Source: Lentisphaeria bacterium (GTDB taxonomy: Bacteria; Verrucomicrobiota; Lentisphaeria; Victivallales; UBA1829). From it: a stretch of 64,000 bases of DNA. This document shows positions 46,446-56,197 of this stretch, piece by piece (the stretch's first letter is position 1; the number at the start of each line of letters is the position of its first letter). A program made the position numbers and the translations under genes. Under the pieces are notes generated by a model. The model made no database searches. It was not told the origin of the DNA and saw nothing but the letters and a program-made list of their open reading frames with translations. The stretch spans positions 4,347 through 68,346 of the forward strand of contig JAFVTF010000074.1 in NCBI GenBank assembly GCA_017503375.1, read 5' to 3'.

Positions 46446-48173
46446 TTACTTCAGCTTCTGTTCCGTTTCATCAAGAATTGAGTTCTCAGCGAGAATCAAA
46501 AGACCGTCATTGGCTTCGATAATCGTATCACCGTGGGGAACAAGATGTTTCTTTCCGCGGCGGATCAGCAATACCAAAGCGCCTCTGGGGAGTCCGGCAG
46601 CTGAAAGAGGAATGCCAACCAACGGGGAGTTCGGCAGAATTTCAAATTCTTTTGTATCCCCGTCAATTGTTCCGGTATTGTCAAATTCCAATGGAACTCT
46701 GGGGCATACCCGCAGCGGTTCATCCAGTTTCAGCAGACGGGCAAACGGCATAAGAGTCATTCCCTGCAGGATCACAGATGTCAAAACGATAAAAAACACG
46801 ATATGGAACATCATATCATTGTGCGGAATATTCGCCATGAGCGGAAAGGTTGCAAGCATAATCGGAGCACCTCCGCGCAATCCGACCCAGGAAACCAGCA
46901 AGCGTTCACGGTAATTGAATTTGCTTTTGATCGTACAGAGAAAAACGGACAGCGGACGAGCAAAGACCATCAAAATCAGAGCGATTGCCAACCCCTGCCA
47001 CCAGATATCCAAGAGTTTCGTCGGCGTAACCAGCAAGCCCAGCATTCCGAACAATACCACCTGCATCAGCCATGCAATACCGTCACTGAAACGGCCTACA
47101 CCGTTATGATAAATGAATTTACTGTTGCCCATGACCAGTCCTGCCACATAAACCGCCATAAAACCGTTTCCTTGAAGGAGTTCAGTTCCTCCGTAAGAGA
47201 GAATAACCGCTCCGATTCCGAGAACATAATACAAACCGTCATATTCAAAATCAATTTTGTTGAAGAGCCAAACCAGCAGTTTTCCCCATGTGATTCCCAA
47301 TACAACCCCCAACAGCATTTTCTGGATAAAGATTGGAACAATCATTTTATAGAGAGAAAAGTCTGCTGCAATACCCGTAGCATTTTCTGTCATTACAACG
47401 CCAATCATAAAAATCGTAAGAAACGCAGCCATCGGATCGTTGCTCCCCGATTCAAATTCCAGCAGAGAACGCAGGTCCCCTTTTAATCCGACATTCTTGG
47501 ACCGCAGAATCGCAAACACTGCCGCTGCATCTGTGGAAGAGACGATAGAACCTAAGAGAAAGCACCAGGAAAACGGCACATTAATTCCCGGAACAGCCCA
47601 TCTGAGGAAGTAAAAGGACACTGCACCAACGATCAGAGCCGTAAGAAGAACACCCAGACTGGACAAAAGTCCTCCGGTCGTACTGATCTTTTTAATGCTT
47701 CTCCAGCTGGTATCAAATCCCCCGGAAAACAGAATGAATGCCATCGCAATGGAACCGATAATATTCGCTTCAATCGGATTATCAAACTTGATATGTCCGA
47801 TTCCCTGTTCACCAGACAGCATACCAACGCCCAGAAACACCAGAAGACACGGCATATTGATCCAGGCTGAAAGTTTACTTGCACATGCACAAAGCAGAAT
47901 CAAGATGGCGACAATTGTCATTCCATTGCTCAGTTTATCCGGAAGAACCTTCCAAACCTGAGAGGAATCATCCTGGTCCTGTTTTTTTAAAACAGATTCT
48001 TTCTTTTCCGAAATCTTTGTTTGCGGCTTTTCAGCTTTTGCCGGAGTTTCTTTAACAGCGACTTGTTCTATCTTATTTTTCTGCACAGCAGAACCGTCCG
48101 CTTCCGGAAGCTCAGTTGCAGCGGCAAAGAAAGTAACAATTGTAAAAAGAAGAGTAATAATCAGATTTTTCAT
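46446..48173 (-). CDS. cvrA: K+/H+ antiporter NhaP2/CvrA with TrkA-C domain
   Basis: ILFSGG, SSTDAAAVF, ESGSNDPMA, GNGFMAVY, WVGLRGGAPI, C-terminal PHGDTII. Confidence 0.9.
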   Translation of the reverse strand: MKNLIITLLFTIVTFFAAATELPEADGSAVQKNKIEQVAVKETPAKAEKPQTKISEKKESVLKKQDQDDSSQVWKVLPDKLSNGMTIVAILILLCACASKLSAWINMPCLLVFLGVGMLSGEQGIGHIKFDNPIEANIIGSIAMAFILFSGGFDTSWRSIKKISTTGGLLSSLGVLLTALIVGAVSFYFLRWAVPGINVPFSWCFLLGSIVSSTDAAAVFAILRSKNVGLKGDLRSLLEFESGSNDPMAAFLTIFMIGVVMTENATGIAADFSLYKMIVPIFIQKMLLGVVLGITWGKLLVWLFNKIDFEYDGLYYVLGIGAVILSYGGTELLQGNGFMAVYVAGLVMGNSKFIYHNGVGRFSDGIAWLMQVVLFGMLGLLVTPTKLLDIWWQGLAIALILMVFARPLSVFLCTIKSKFNYRERLLVSWVGLRGGAPIMLATFPLMANIPHNDMMFHIVFFIVLTSVILQGMTLMPFARLLKLDEPLRVCPRVPLEFDNTGTIDGDTKEFEILPNSPLVGIPLSAAGLPRGALVLLIRRGKKHLVPHGDTIIEANDGLLILAENSILDETEQKLK

Positions 48174-48234
48174 AATGAACGAAATGTAATACGGATAATT
48201 AAATTTTCAAGTAAGAAAAAAATTTTTTTACATA

Positions 48235-48285
48235 TTTTTCCACAGATATCCCATAAAAGGTTTTATGGGATGTCTGTGGAAAAAA
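48235..48285. repeat. near-perfect palindrome between divergent genes
   Basis: TTTTTCCACAGATATCCCATAAAA-GG-TTTTATGGGATGTCTGTGGAAAAA; the half-site CACAGATATCCCATAA also occurs at 43459..43474. Confidence 0.75.
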
Positions 48286-48359
48286 TCCGGGATTGAATGA
48301 TTTTATTTTCTTGTATTTCGTATTTATAGAGTTATATTTACTTCAGGAGGAATAAAAAA

Positions 48360-49283
48360 ATGCTTTCAGATATTGTTACAATCGTATTACTGCTTGTGTT
48401 TGCTGCGGTATTCTGGATCATTCCGAAAACAAGATCAGCGAATGGTAACTGGATGATCGCGCTCAAAACATTTCCGCTTGGATTTATTGCACTCATTTTA
48501 AGTGATAAACTGTTGGGAGCCGTTTGCTGTTTTATAAGTGAATACAGAATGGAAAATATTACTATTCCTTTCTGGTCAGAAATTGTAATTACGATTGCTG
48601 CGGCTTTCGTGGTAATGATTGGGGCAGGTATTTTCATTAAACACCGCTGGGGAACGGAAAAAAGATACAATCCTTTACCGTCAGTTGTTCTTTTTTTCGC
48701 ATTTTTGGTTCCTTTTATGATTTTCTTTGTACTTTTGTCTCTGGGATTATCTCTGCTCTCAATAAAAGATTACCGTTCCGATTGGTACAGCATCTGGCTG
48801 AAACTGGGAACGGAAGATCATGTTGCATTTGAACAACAGTCGATTCATCCTTATCTGGCAGAATATAACTACCGTTTGCGGTTTGTGCGAGATGGAAAAG
48901 TTTCCCGCAGATTGCTTTTTGTAAATACCGGAGGTAAGACTCACTTCAATATTTATAAATTGCAGGATGGGCGTTTTCTTTTCCGGGATAAAGATTGGGA
49001 TTATCTGGTCGATGTTTCCAAACAGGACGTTTCTGTTTTAAGAACTCTGGACAAGAGACTTTATGCAATTCCAGTTCCGAATGAAGATGTAAATTCCTGG
49101 AGCGGATTATATAAAATTGACGGGAAAGTTTATATGGAAGTCGGCTCAGAGAAAATTCCTGCAAATGATGTTACAGGAATTTTGGATCGAATGAAATACA
49201 TTGGATGTATCCGGGATAAGTTTTATTCAGCCGAAGTTCCGGAAGGTGCATTCAGGGAAATCAAATATTTTCAGAGAAGGTGA
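48360..49283 (+). CDS. hypothetical membrane protein (4 TM plus soluble C-terminal domain)
   Basis: Hydrophobic N-terminal half; AGGAGG RBS; TTGTAT-N16-TATATT promoter. Confidence 0.7.
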   Translation: MLSDIVTIVLLLVFAAVFWIIPKTRSANGNWMIALKTFPLGFIALILSDKLLGAVCCFISEYRMENITIPFWSEIVITIAAAFVVMIGAGIFIKHRWGTEKRYNPLPSVVLFFAFLVPFMIFFVLLSLGLSLLSIKDYRSDWYSIWLKLGTEDHVAFEQQSIHPYLAEYNYRLRFVRDGKVSRRLLFVNTGGKTHFNIYKLQDGRFLFRDKDWDYLVDVSKQDVSVLRTLDKRLYAIPVPNEDVNSWSGLYKIDGKVYMEVGSEKIPANDVTGILDRMKYIGCIRDKFYSAEVPEGAFREIKYFQRR

Positions 49284-49361
49284 TTGTATTTTTGAATACG
49301 GAAGAATTCAAAAATATCAAGATTTCCGGATTTTTCCGCTTTGAAAAGTCTGCATGAAAAC

Positions 49362-49394
49362 AAGGCTGCGGCAGAATTGAATTACCGCAGCCTT
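49362..49394. terminator. bidirectional stem-loop between convergent genes
   Basis: AAGGCTGCGG-N13-CCGCAGCCTT. Confidence 0.75.
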
Positions 49395-49432
49395 ATTGCT
49401 TTTTGAAATTGCCTCGGAAAAAGATTTTGTTT

Positions 49433-52400
49433 TTATTTTTGTTTTTGATTTTTCTCTTTCATTTTCCTTCTCAGGTACTGTACAACATCATTCTTTGTTG
49501 CATAATCTGCAGCTGTTTTTCCGAAGTTATCTTTATATACCGGATCTGCTCCATGAATTTCACAGAGATTTTTAACAATATCATCATCCTGCCTATCTCC
49601 TTTACAGGCTGCAATCAATGTTTTGTTGACATATTTCGGATCATTGCCAAGCCGGTCGAGCAAATAATGAACAGCTTTTTGGTTATTTTCTGTTGCAGCA
49701 TATTCCCAAACGGTCAAATTGTTATCATCCGTTCTGTCATCCAGCACGATATTATGTTTTTCAATCAAATAGCGAAGAGCAAAAAGATTCCTTTGATTTC
49801 CTGCGGCGGCATGAAGCAATGTCGTTTTGAACAGTTCCGGGTTATATTTCCCCTGGCTGATTTCCAGAACAACATTTTCATTGTCTGTCATTTGAACGAT
49901 TGTGTCAATTGTATCTGCAAAAATTTCAGGATAAGAATAATTTTTTAGCAGGTCATAAACAACTGCCATAGGAAGTTCAGCCGGATCTATGCGGCATTTT
50001 TCCAGAAAATAGGACAAAATATCATCAAAAGAAAAACATCCCTTTAAAGTTGAAATATGTTCTGAAAGTTTTTCGAGAATTTGTGAGGCTGACATTTCTT
50101 TGATGCCGATTTCTTCAAGCAATACTATCAGTACATTTGGGCTGTAACCGGAAAAATTGTCAATGAAATATTCCAAAAAGCTTTCTTCCCCGTCATTTTT
50201 TGCGGTCAGATATTCTCTGGGCCATTGCCATTCTATGAAGAAGAGGCGAAGCCAGGTTTCGGTATGCTCATTGATTTGCAATTTTTTCAGGATATCTTTG
50301 TCGGGGAAATAATTCCACAAATTCATTCCATTGGAAATAAGGTACTTCAATGTTTCGATTTTTCCACTATCCAAAAGAGATATAATGCAATCTGCATCAA
50401 GCTGAGCGATTAATCCTCTTGCATTTCCCATAAATCCCTGTTCAACGTATAATTTGACCAAAGAGATATCCTTTTCGGATATCCAATCAAATCTTCTGCA
50501 GCGAACCCCTTTGGAGAGAAAATATTCCAAACCTTCGCAAGTTGAGTTGCCGAATGTAAGATATGTATCCAGAATCGTATCTCCATCATTCGGATTCTGC
50601 CAATTTATATCAGAATCATATTCTTCAATAAACTTTTTGATCAGCGGAAGATTCTCAGCATTATTATAAACCAATTTGAATAATGGTGATTCCCCGTCAT
50701 TATTCAGCTGTTCAAATGCTTTGGGATTGGCATCCCGCAAAACTTTACACAGCTTTTCATTTCCATTGGAAGCCGCAATATGAAGAGGCCAGTCTCCATC
50801 CTTATTTGAAACTGAAACAGAATAGCCCTTCCGCTTGATGAGGTACTCTGCTGTATCCGCAGCCATCTCTTCATTCGTGTTTGCCAGCAGATGCAGCAGT
50901 GTATTACCTTTGCGGTCTGTATCCGGACAACGCATACCGGGCATTGTCCACAAAATATCCAATATTTTTTTTGTTTCCGGGAAAATTTCTTTCACAGCAT
51001 ATTGCATGATATGGATGCTGTCGCCCCAAGATATTTTCTCTCTGTTGATATCAAGTCCATGTTCAATACACAAGCGGCACAGTTTATCAAACCTTTCCAG
51101 AGACAAATCTCCCCGTTTTACCTTGTCAAGAAGCTCAAACACAATTGTTCCGTCTTCAGAAATAATGCTGGTATCGAGATGGTATTCTGTAACAAGCTTT
51201 TCAAAAAGATCGAAATTACTGTTTTGGGCTGCTTTCCAGAGTAAATTTTTATTCTCGTTATTTTTTTTATGGAGATCGACCCCTTTTTTGACAAGATAGT
51301 TGAAGAAATCTGCTTTTGCTTTCTTCGTTACATGAAAGAGCAAATTTTCGCCATTCTCATCAACCGCATTGACAGGAAGTTTCAATGTCTCTGTCAAATA
51401 TTTGAGTTTGTTGTATCCTCCCACACCGCTGAAAAGAGCATTTTTTCCATCAGATGCTTTTTTTTCGGGATCTGCCCCAAGCTTTAACAGAATATTCCAT
51501 GCGGCAATATCTCCATTTTCCACTGCTGTCATAAAAACAGTTTGATCTCTGATGTTTACTGCATTGATATCGACACCGAACTCCTGAACCAGTTTCCGGG
51601 TTATTTTTTCCAATTTCTTCAGCTTTTGCGGAGTATCAAATTCATCACAGTTTTCATACAGACAATGAAGAACTGTCTGTCCATCATCGTTTGCTTTTTT
51701 TACAGTTTCATGATTCGCCCTGTTCAATAATTTTTCAAATAAATCCAGGTTGTTATCACTGAAACTGTATTGGTTGAATATCGTATTGCCGTTTTCATCA
51801 GATACATTGACATCCGCTTTTTTCTTTATCAGCGTTTGTATAAATTTGGATACATTATCCCGAGATAACCAGACCTTAATCAGCGGTCCTCCGGCTTTGA
51901 CAGAATTGTGTATATTTATTTCAGCACCTGATTCCAGAAGATACCGGGCAATATCAATTTCCGATTTTCTGACAGCAATGGCCAGTGGCGTTCCTTGAGA
52001 ACTGATTGCATTCAATAATTCCGGATCCAAAGAACCATCTTCTTTTTTTCCGCAGAGAATTGCCACACATTCCTTGATATCTTCAAAAGGGACATTGCTG
52101 TCATGGCCTTTTACCGCATTATGTATGGGAAGCAATCCGGAATCATCCCGTGTCCGGAGCATTTCCGGATAACGGTTCAGAATGAATTTCAGTACCTGGG
52201 ATTTTCCTTTTTGTGCGGCTTTTGACAGAACATCTGCCTTACGACTCCACCGGCCTTTGTTTTTGCCTGTAATTGGAATCTTTAAAACATCCAGCATGTA
52301 TTCAAGAAATTCCACCTTGCCGGACTCACTGGCAGCATCAAGACATCTGGAATCCGCCATGGAGTCATCTTTGACCAATGCGGCAAAATCTTCAAATTGC

Positions 52401-54274
52401 ATATCTTTTATGAATCCGGCAATCATTTCATCATTCAACTGCAGAGATGAAATGATCGACGCATCCAACAGTTTTTTGACATAGGAATATGGTGTATCAT
52501 CAATGGAATCTTCAATTGTATCAGAATCTCCTTCCAGATATTCCGGCAATGCAAAAAGTTCTTTGGAAAAACGCATGAAAGTTTCTTCATACTGAACTTC
52601 TGCTAACGAGTTCAATATACTCTTGGCTTGCCTTGTGCAATCCCATTTGTCTCCGATCTGCCTTGTACGATGATATACGGAGATAAGAAAATCAGTCAGA
52701 TTTTCCGGGGTATTGTTGGCTTTCAGACGATTTACCCAAACATTCAATTCCGGAGTGTCATCCTCATTCCATCTGTGTTTTAAGGAACCTGCAATTGTTT
52801 TTATAATATCATCAGATTCAAAATCATTTAACTGCTTATCCAAAAGTCCGCTTTTAACAAAAGCACAGATGATGTCAATAGAAAAACTGCTGTCTGATTT
52901 CTCTGCCAGACTTTTCAAGAGAATTTCCTGCTGATTATCCGTCAGCCAATCTTTTAATTTGATGTCGATAAAAGATGCTGCCACCTTTGCAGCTGTTCCA
53001 CCCTGATGCAGACCGAATTGCAGCAGCTCAACGAATTGCCGGAACACTGCAGATTCATTCTCTATATTTATTTTTTCTGTTTCCTCATCGTCCTCATCGT
53101 CCTCATCGTCCTCATCGTCTAAACGATCAAATTCATTTATCAACTTTTCAAGCTCATCGTCTTCATCGTCTTCATCGTCTTTGTCGTCTTCATTGTCTTC
53201 CTCGTACTCTTCATCATCCTCTTCATCACCGTCATCGTTTGAATTCAAAAGATCTTCTATCAGTCTATCCAAAAGGTCCTGATCATCGTCTTCTTTTCCG
53301 GAATTCAGAATATCTGCGAAGAGCTTATCCTTTTGAGATTCAGCCATAAGGAGCAGAAGGTTTTCATTCATACTGTCAGAGGCAAGCTGCTTTTTCCACT
53401 GAGCGAAATTCCAAGTGAGATCATGTTCGCTGCAGACGGCAAGTGCTCTTTTGATTTTCACGATATCATCGTTGAAATTCAAAATCAATTCAAACAGGGA
53501 TGTTCCGCCAATATTATCCGGCAACTCATCCATTCTTTCCGCAAGAGCAGTAAAAAAGCTGATATTATTATTGACAAGAAGAGGATTCAATGCGTAATAA
53601 AGGAGCGGTTTCTGCCCGATTTTCCGGGAGAGATCATCATTTCCATCGAGAAGAATCCTCTTGAATGCCGGATAGTTCTGTCCGATCAAAGCATCAAAAA
53701 GAGTCAGATTTTCTGCGGAATCTTCCTGCTCTGCAACTTGTGGATTTTTCAGTAATTCCACCAGATAGTCGAGCCATTCACGGAATTCTGCCAGCTGGAT
53801 ATAGAATTCATTCTGCATTAATTCTCTGCTGCCGAAATCCAGGGCAAGTTTTCTGGAAAGATATTTGATATTATCTTCCGAAAAAGGCAGCATGAAATCT
53901 TTACTCAATGTTGAAAGCCGATCTTGCAGAACTTGTTTTTCCTCATCAGAACCGAGCTTGTTTAATATTGTTTTTCCCTGCATTCCCTGCAGTTTTTTCA
54001 ACGCTTCAAAGAATTTTTGCCAATTTCCCTGATCTGACACCTTGAAAACTCCTTTTTTCGGAGCCATATCTGCCAGTTCCATGACTTTCATCGGCGGCAG
54101 CGGAAGGTCCTGATCAATAAGCAGCAGGCATGACTGCAAACGCAGAGCCTTGCCGGTTTTTTCCAAATATTGATTCCCCGGAAGAGTATTTACAATATGA
54201 AAAACATCCTCAATTCTGAAATTTTCGGGGTCGGTAAATCTGTATGCAGCTTCAACAGCAGTAAAAGTATCCAT
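49433..54274 (-). CDS. 1613-aa ankyrin-repeat protein with a poly-acidic tract and an uncharacterised N-terminal region
   Basis: Repeated ankyrin signatures: GLLPIHNAV, GTPLAIAV, GQTVLHCL, QTVFMTAVENGD, GNTLLHLLA, GDWPLHIAASNGN, GESPLFKLV, TTLLHAAA, GKTAADYA. Confidence 0.85.
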   Translation of the reverse strand: MDTFTAVEAAYRFTDPENFRIEDVFHIVNTLPGNQYLEKTGKALRLQSCLLLIDQDLPLPPMKVMELADMAPKKGVFKVSDQGNWQKFFEALKKLQGMQGKTILNKLGSDEEKQVLQDRLSTLSKDFMLPFSEDNIKYLSRKLALDFGSRELMQNEFYIQLAEFREWLDYLVELLKNPQVAEQEDSAENLTLFDALIGQNYPAFKRILLDGNDDLSRKIGQKPLLYYALNPLLVNNNISFFTALAERMDELPDNIGGTSLFELILNFNDDIVKIKRALAVCSEHDLTWNFAQWKKQLASDSMNENLLLLMAESQKDKLFADILNSGKEDDDQDLLDRLIEDLLNSNDDGDEEDDEEYEEDNEDDKDDEDDEDDELEKLINEFDRLDDEDDEDDEDDEETEKINIENESAVFRQFVELLQFGLHQGGTAAKVAASFIDIKLKDWLTDNQQEILLKSLAEKSDSSFSIDIICAFVKSGLLDKQLNDFESDDIIKTIAGSLKHRWNEDDTPELNVWVNRLKANNTPENLTDFLISVYHRTRQIGDKWDCTRQAKSILNSLAEVQYEETFMRFSKELFALPEYLEGDSDTIEDSIDDTPYSYVKKLLDASIISSLQLNDEMIAGFIKDMQFEDFAALVKDDSMADSRCLDAASESGKVEFLEYMLDVLKIPITGKNKGRWSRKADVLSKAAQKGKSQVLKFILNRYPEMLRTRDDSGLLPIHNAVKGHDSNVPFEDIKECVAILCGKKEDGSLDPELLNAISSQGTPLAIAVRKSEIDIARYLLESGAEINIHNSVKAGGPLIKVWLSRDNVSKFIQTLIKKKADVNVSDENGNTIFNQYSFSDNNLDLFEKLLNRANHETVKKANDDGQTVLHCLYENCDEFDTPQKLKKLEKITRKLVQEFGVDINAVNIRDQTVFMTAVENGDIAAWNILLKLGADPEKKASDGKNALFSGVGGYNKLKYLTETLKLPVNAVDENGENLLFHVTKKAKADFFNYLVKKGVDLHKKNNENKNLLWKAAQNSNFDLFEKLVTEYHLDTSIISEDGTIVFELLDKVKRGDLSLERFDKLCRLCIEHGLDINREKISWGDSIHIMQYAVKEIFPETKKILDILWTMPGMRCPDTDRKGNTLLHLLANTNEEMAADTAEYLIKRKGYSVSVSNKDGDWPLHIAASNGNEKLCKVLRDANPKAFEQLNNDGESPLFKLVYNNAENLPLIKKFIEEYDSDINWQNPNDGDTILDTYLTFGNSTCEGLEYFLSKGVRCRRFDWISEKDISLVKLYVEQGFMGNARGLIAQLDADCIISLLDSGKIETLKYLISNGMNLWNYFPDKDILKKLQINEHTETWLRLFFIEWQWPREYLTAKNDGEESFLEYFIDNFSGYSPNVLIVLLEEIGIKEMSASQILEKLSEHISTLKGCFSFDDILSYFLEKCRIDPAELPMAVVYDLLKNYSYPEIFADTIDTIVQMTDNENVVLEISQGKYNPELFKTTLLHAAAGNQRNLFALRYLIEKHNIVLDDRTDDNNLTVWEYAATENNQKAVHYLLDRLGNDPKYVNKTLIAACKGDRQDDDIVKNLCEIHGADPVYKDNFGKTAADYATKNDVVQYLRRKMKEKNQKQK
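53075..53295 (-). repeat. in-frame 9-bp repeats encoding a D/E tract
   Basis: (TCATCGTCC)n and (TCATCGTCT)n on the + strand give DDEDDEDDEDDEE. Confidence 0.8.
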
Positions 54275-54289
54275 TTCTTTCTCCGGACA

Positions 54290-56170
54290 TTATTTGATGT
54301 GTACTTGTTTCCCGTATGGCACATTGATACGTTTTTGGGGGCCGACAAGACACCACAAAACATCATACGGCAGACGCATTTGAGGTATATCTAACTTCGG
54401 GTTGAATTCCCCATCTGTAATTACAATCACGCCTTTTACATCGGGTTCATTCAAGTATGCCAGCATACCGGGGGTCATGTCTGTTCCGCCCATGCCTTTG
54501 ATTGTATAATCACGCAACTCATCAGGTGTGATCTCTTTTATATCCTGAACAGCTTCATCGCATTCAATAATCTTGATCATATCAACAGCATTCCGTTCAC
54601 AGAATGCAGCAATTGCACCAAGCGCATCCGGCAGATAATTTCCCATACTGCCGCTGGTATCAAGCACTATGTTGATACTGTAACCGCAGCGGGCATGTCC
54701 GGGAAGACAGCATCGCGGATCCGGCAGGTCGCCTCTGCGGCTTGCTCTGTTAAAGGTTCTTACAATCCGGGAATATCCATCAAGCCAGTTCTGGAGAAAT
54801 GCCTGCCACGGCACATTGTAAAGTCCATCCCGGACTTCTACATCCTGAACAGTTCCCTGACCGGAGACAAGGGAGCTCGCCTGACGCCGGGCTTGTTCCA
54901 TTTCCTGGATTCTCCGGTTGATTTCTTCATCGCTTAATCCCGGACAGCGTTCTTTTAACTCATCCTTACTCCGGAGATCTCCGCAGCCCAGACCTTTTTC
55001 CTGTCCCGTTCCTTGTCCTTGCCCCGATCCTTGTCCACCTTGATCTGCACATTGCTTTGTTCTGAAAGTCAGAATTCCGTTCAAAGAAAGAGTTCCATCT
55101 TCTGCATAACGGAGTGTCAATGAACCTTCGAGAACAAAAGGCGGATAGATTATTTGTGAAACATGAAAAACGCTTTCTCCGCCGGGAAGAAGGTGTCCTG
55201 TATCTGAATTATCATTCCAGCTTATTGGAATTTCAACATCAAGCTGCTGTCCAGTATTTTCAAAGATGTCAAGATTGAGTTTCAGTTTGGAAAGAACTTC
55301 TGTAATTTCCTTTTTGCCGGGATTCATTTTTTCAACATCAATGACAAACACTTTTTCCGGTCTGTTTTTCCCATTATCCGTCAGCGGATAAATTTCACCA
55401 ACGGAAAGTATAAACGGGAAATTTTGTTTCTGCTTGCAGACGACACTCCCGTTCAAGGTGACATTTTTCAAAAAAATTTCCAGAGCCTTGCTTTCGGATT
55501 CACGGGAGAATATGAGCAGGGCTGCAACAATATCTTCCATACTCATTTCATCAATGGAAACAAATCTTTCAGCCGGCAGAAGACTTTCACAGAGTTTTTC
55601 CAACTTATATTCTTCAGCCGTTTTTTTACATTTTACTTCCAGTCCGATTTCAATTATATCCTCAGGCAAAGTGTCGGAACATCCGGGAGCTGTCAGGGAA
55701 ATTACCTTTGAGAAGTTATCCCAGTAACGGTCTTTTTCCCACCACATTCCGTCCTTCATTTCTTCCCGGATCGTTTTGAAGTTATGAGCTTCAAAATAGG
55801 TTGCCACCATATGATTGATCTGAGTGTCACTGGCTATATTAACCAGCTTACACAAATCCGGATCAGCTGTTTTTACACGGGAAAAGGTTCCCATATAATG
55901 GTGCCCCAGTTCATGTGCAATGATAAATGCTGTTTGCTTTTCAGAAAGTTGGGTCAGAAAAGCGGACCCGAATTCCATGCTTCCATCGGGGTATGTTTGT
56001 GCTGTTGCAACATCATCTTTGACAGAGATTTTACGATACCTTTCCGCCATCTCCAGCAGGGGTGCGAAATGGGGCATCACCATAATCATCAATGTCCGGG
56101 CATCAGCCAACTTCTTTTCAAGCGCCTTCCGGCTGAGCAGGGTATTAGTTTTGGATTTTTTATCAGCCAT
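54290..56170 (-). CDS. metallopeptidase (HExxH) plus vWA domain protein, DUF2201/COG3864 type
   Basis: TAQT..DG, AHELGH, NIASDTQIN; C-terminal RTFNRASRR, VLDTSGSM, GGTD, ITDG (MIDAS). Confidence 0.85.
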   Translation of the reverse strand: MADKKSKTNTLLSRKALEKKLADARTLMIMVMPHFAPLLEMAERYRKISVKDDVATAQTYPDGSMEFGSAFLTQLSEKQTAFIIAHELGHHYMGTFSRVKTADPDLCKLVNIASDTQINHMVATYFEAHNFKTIREEMKDGMWWEKDRYWDNFSKVISLTAPGCSDTLPEDIIEIGLEVKCKKTAEEYKLEKLCESLLPAERFVSIDEMSMEDIVAALLIFSRESESKALEIFLKNVTLNGSVVCKQKQNFPFILSVGEIYPLTDNGKNRPEKVFVIDVEKMNPGKKEITEVLSKLKLNLDIFENTGQQLDVEIPISWNDNSDTGHLLPGGESVFHVSQIIYPPFVLEGSLTLRYAEDGTLSLNGILTFRTKQCADQGGQGSGQGQGTGQEKGLGCGDLRSKDELKERCPGLSDEEINRRIQEMEQARRQASSLVSGQGTVQDVEVRDGLYNVPWQAFLQNWLDGYSRIVRTFNRASRRGDLPDPRCCLPGHARCGYSINIVLDTSGSMGNYLPDALGAIAAFCERNAVDMIKIIECDEAVQDIKEITPDELRDYTIKGMGGTDMTPGMLAYLNEPDVKGVIVITDGEFNPKLDIPQMRLPYDVLWCLVGPQKRINVPYGKQVHIK

Positions 56171-56197
56171 AGCATCATTCCTGAATAAAGTGAAAGA

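Noticed and set aside
53075-53295. Phase-variable contingency repeat
   Set aside because: The units are 9 bp and in frame, so slippage would change tract length but not the reading frame.
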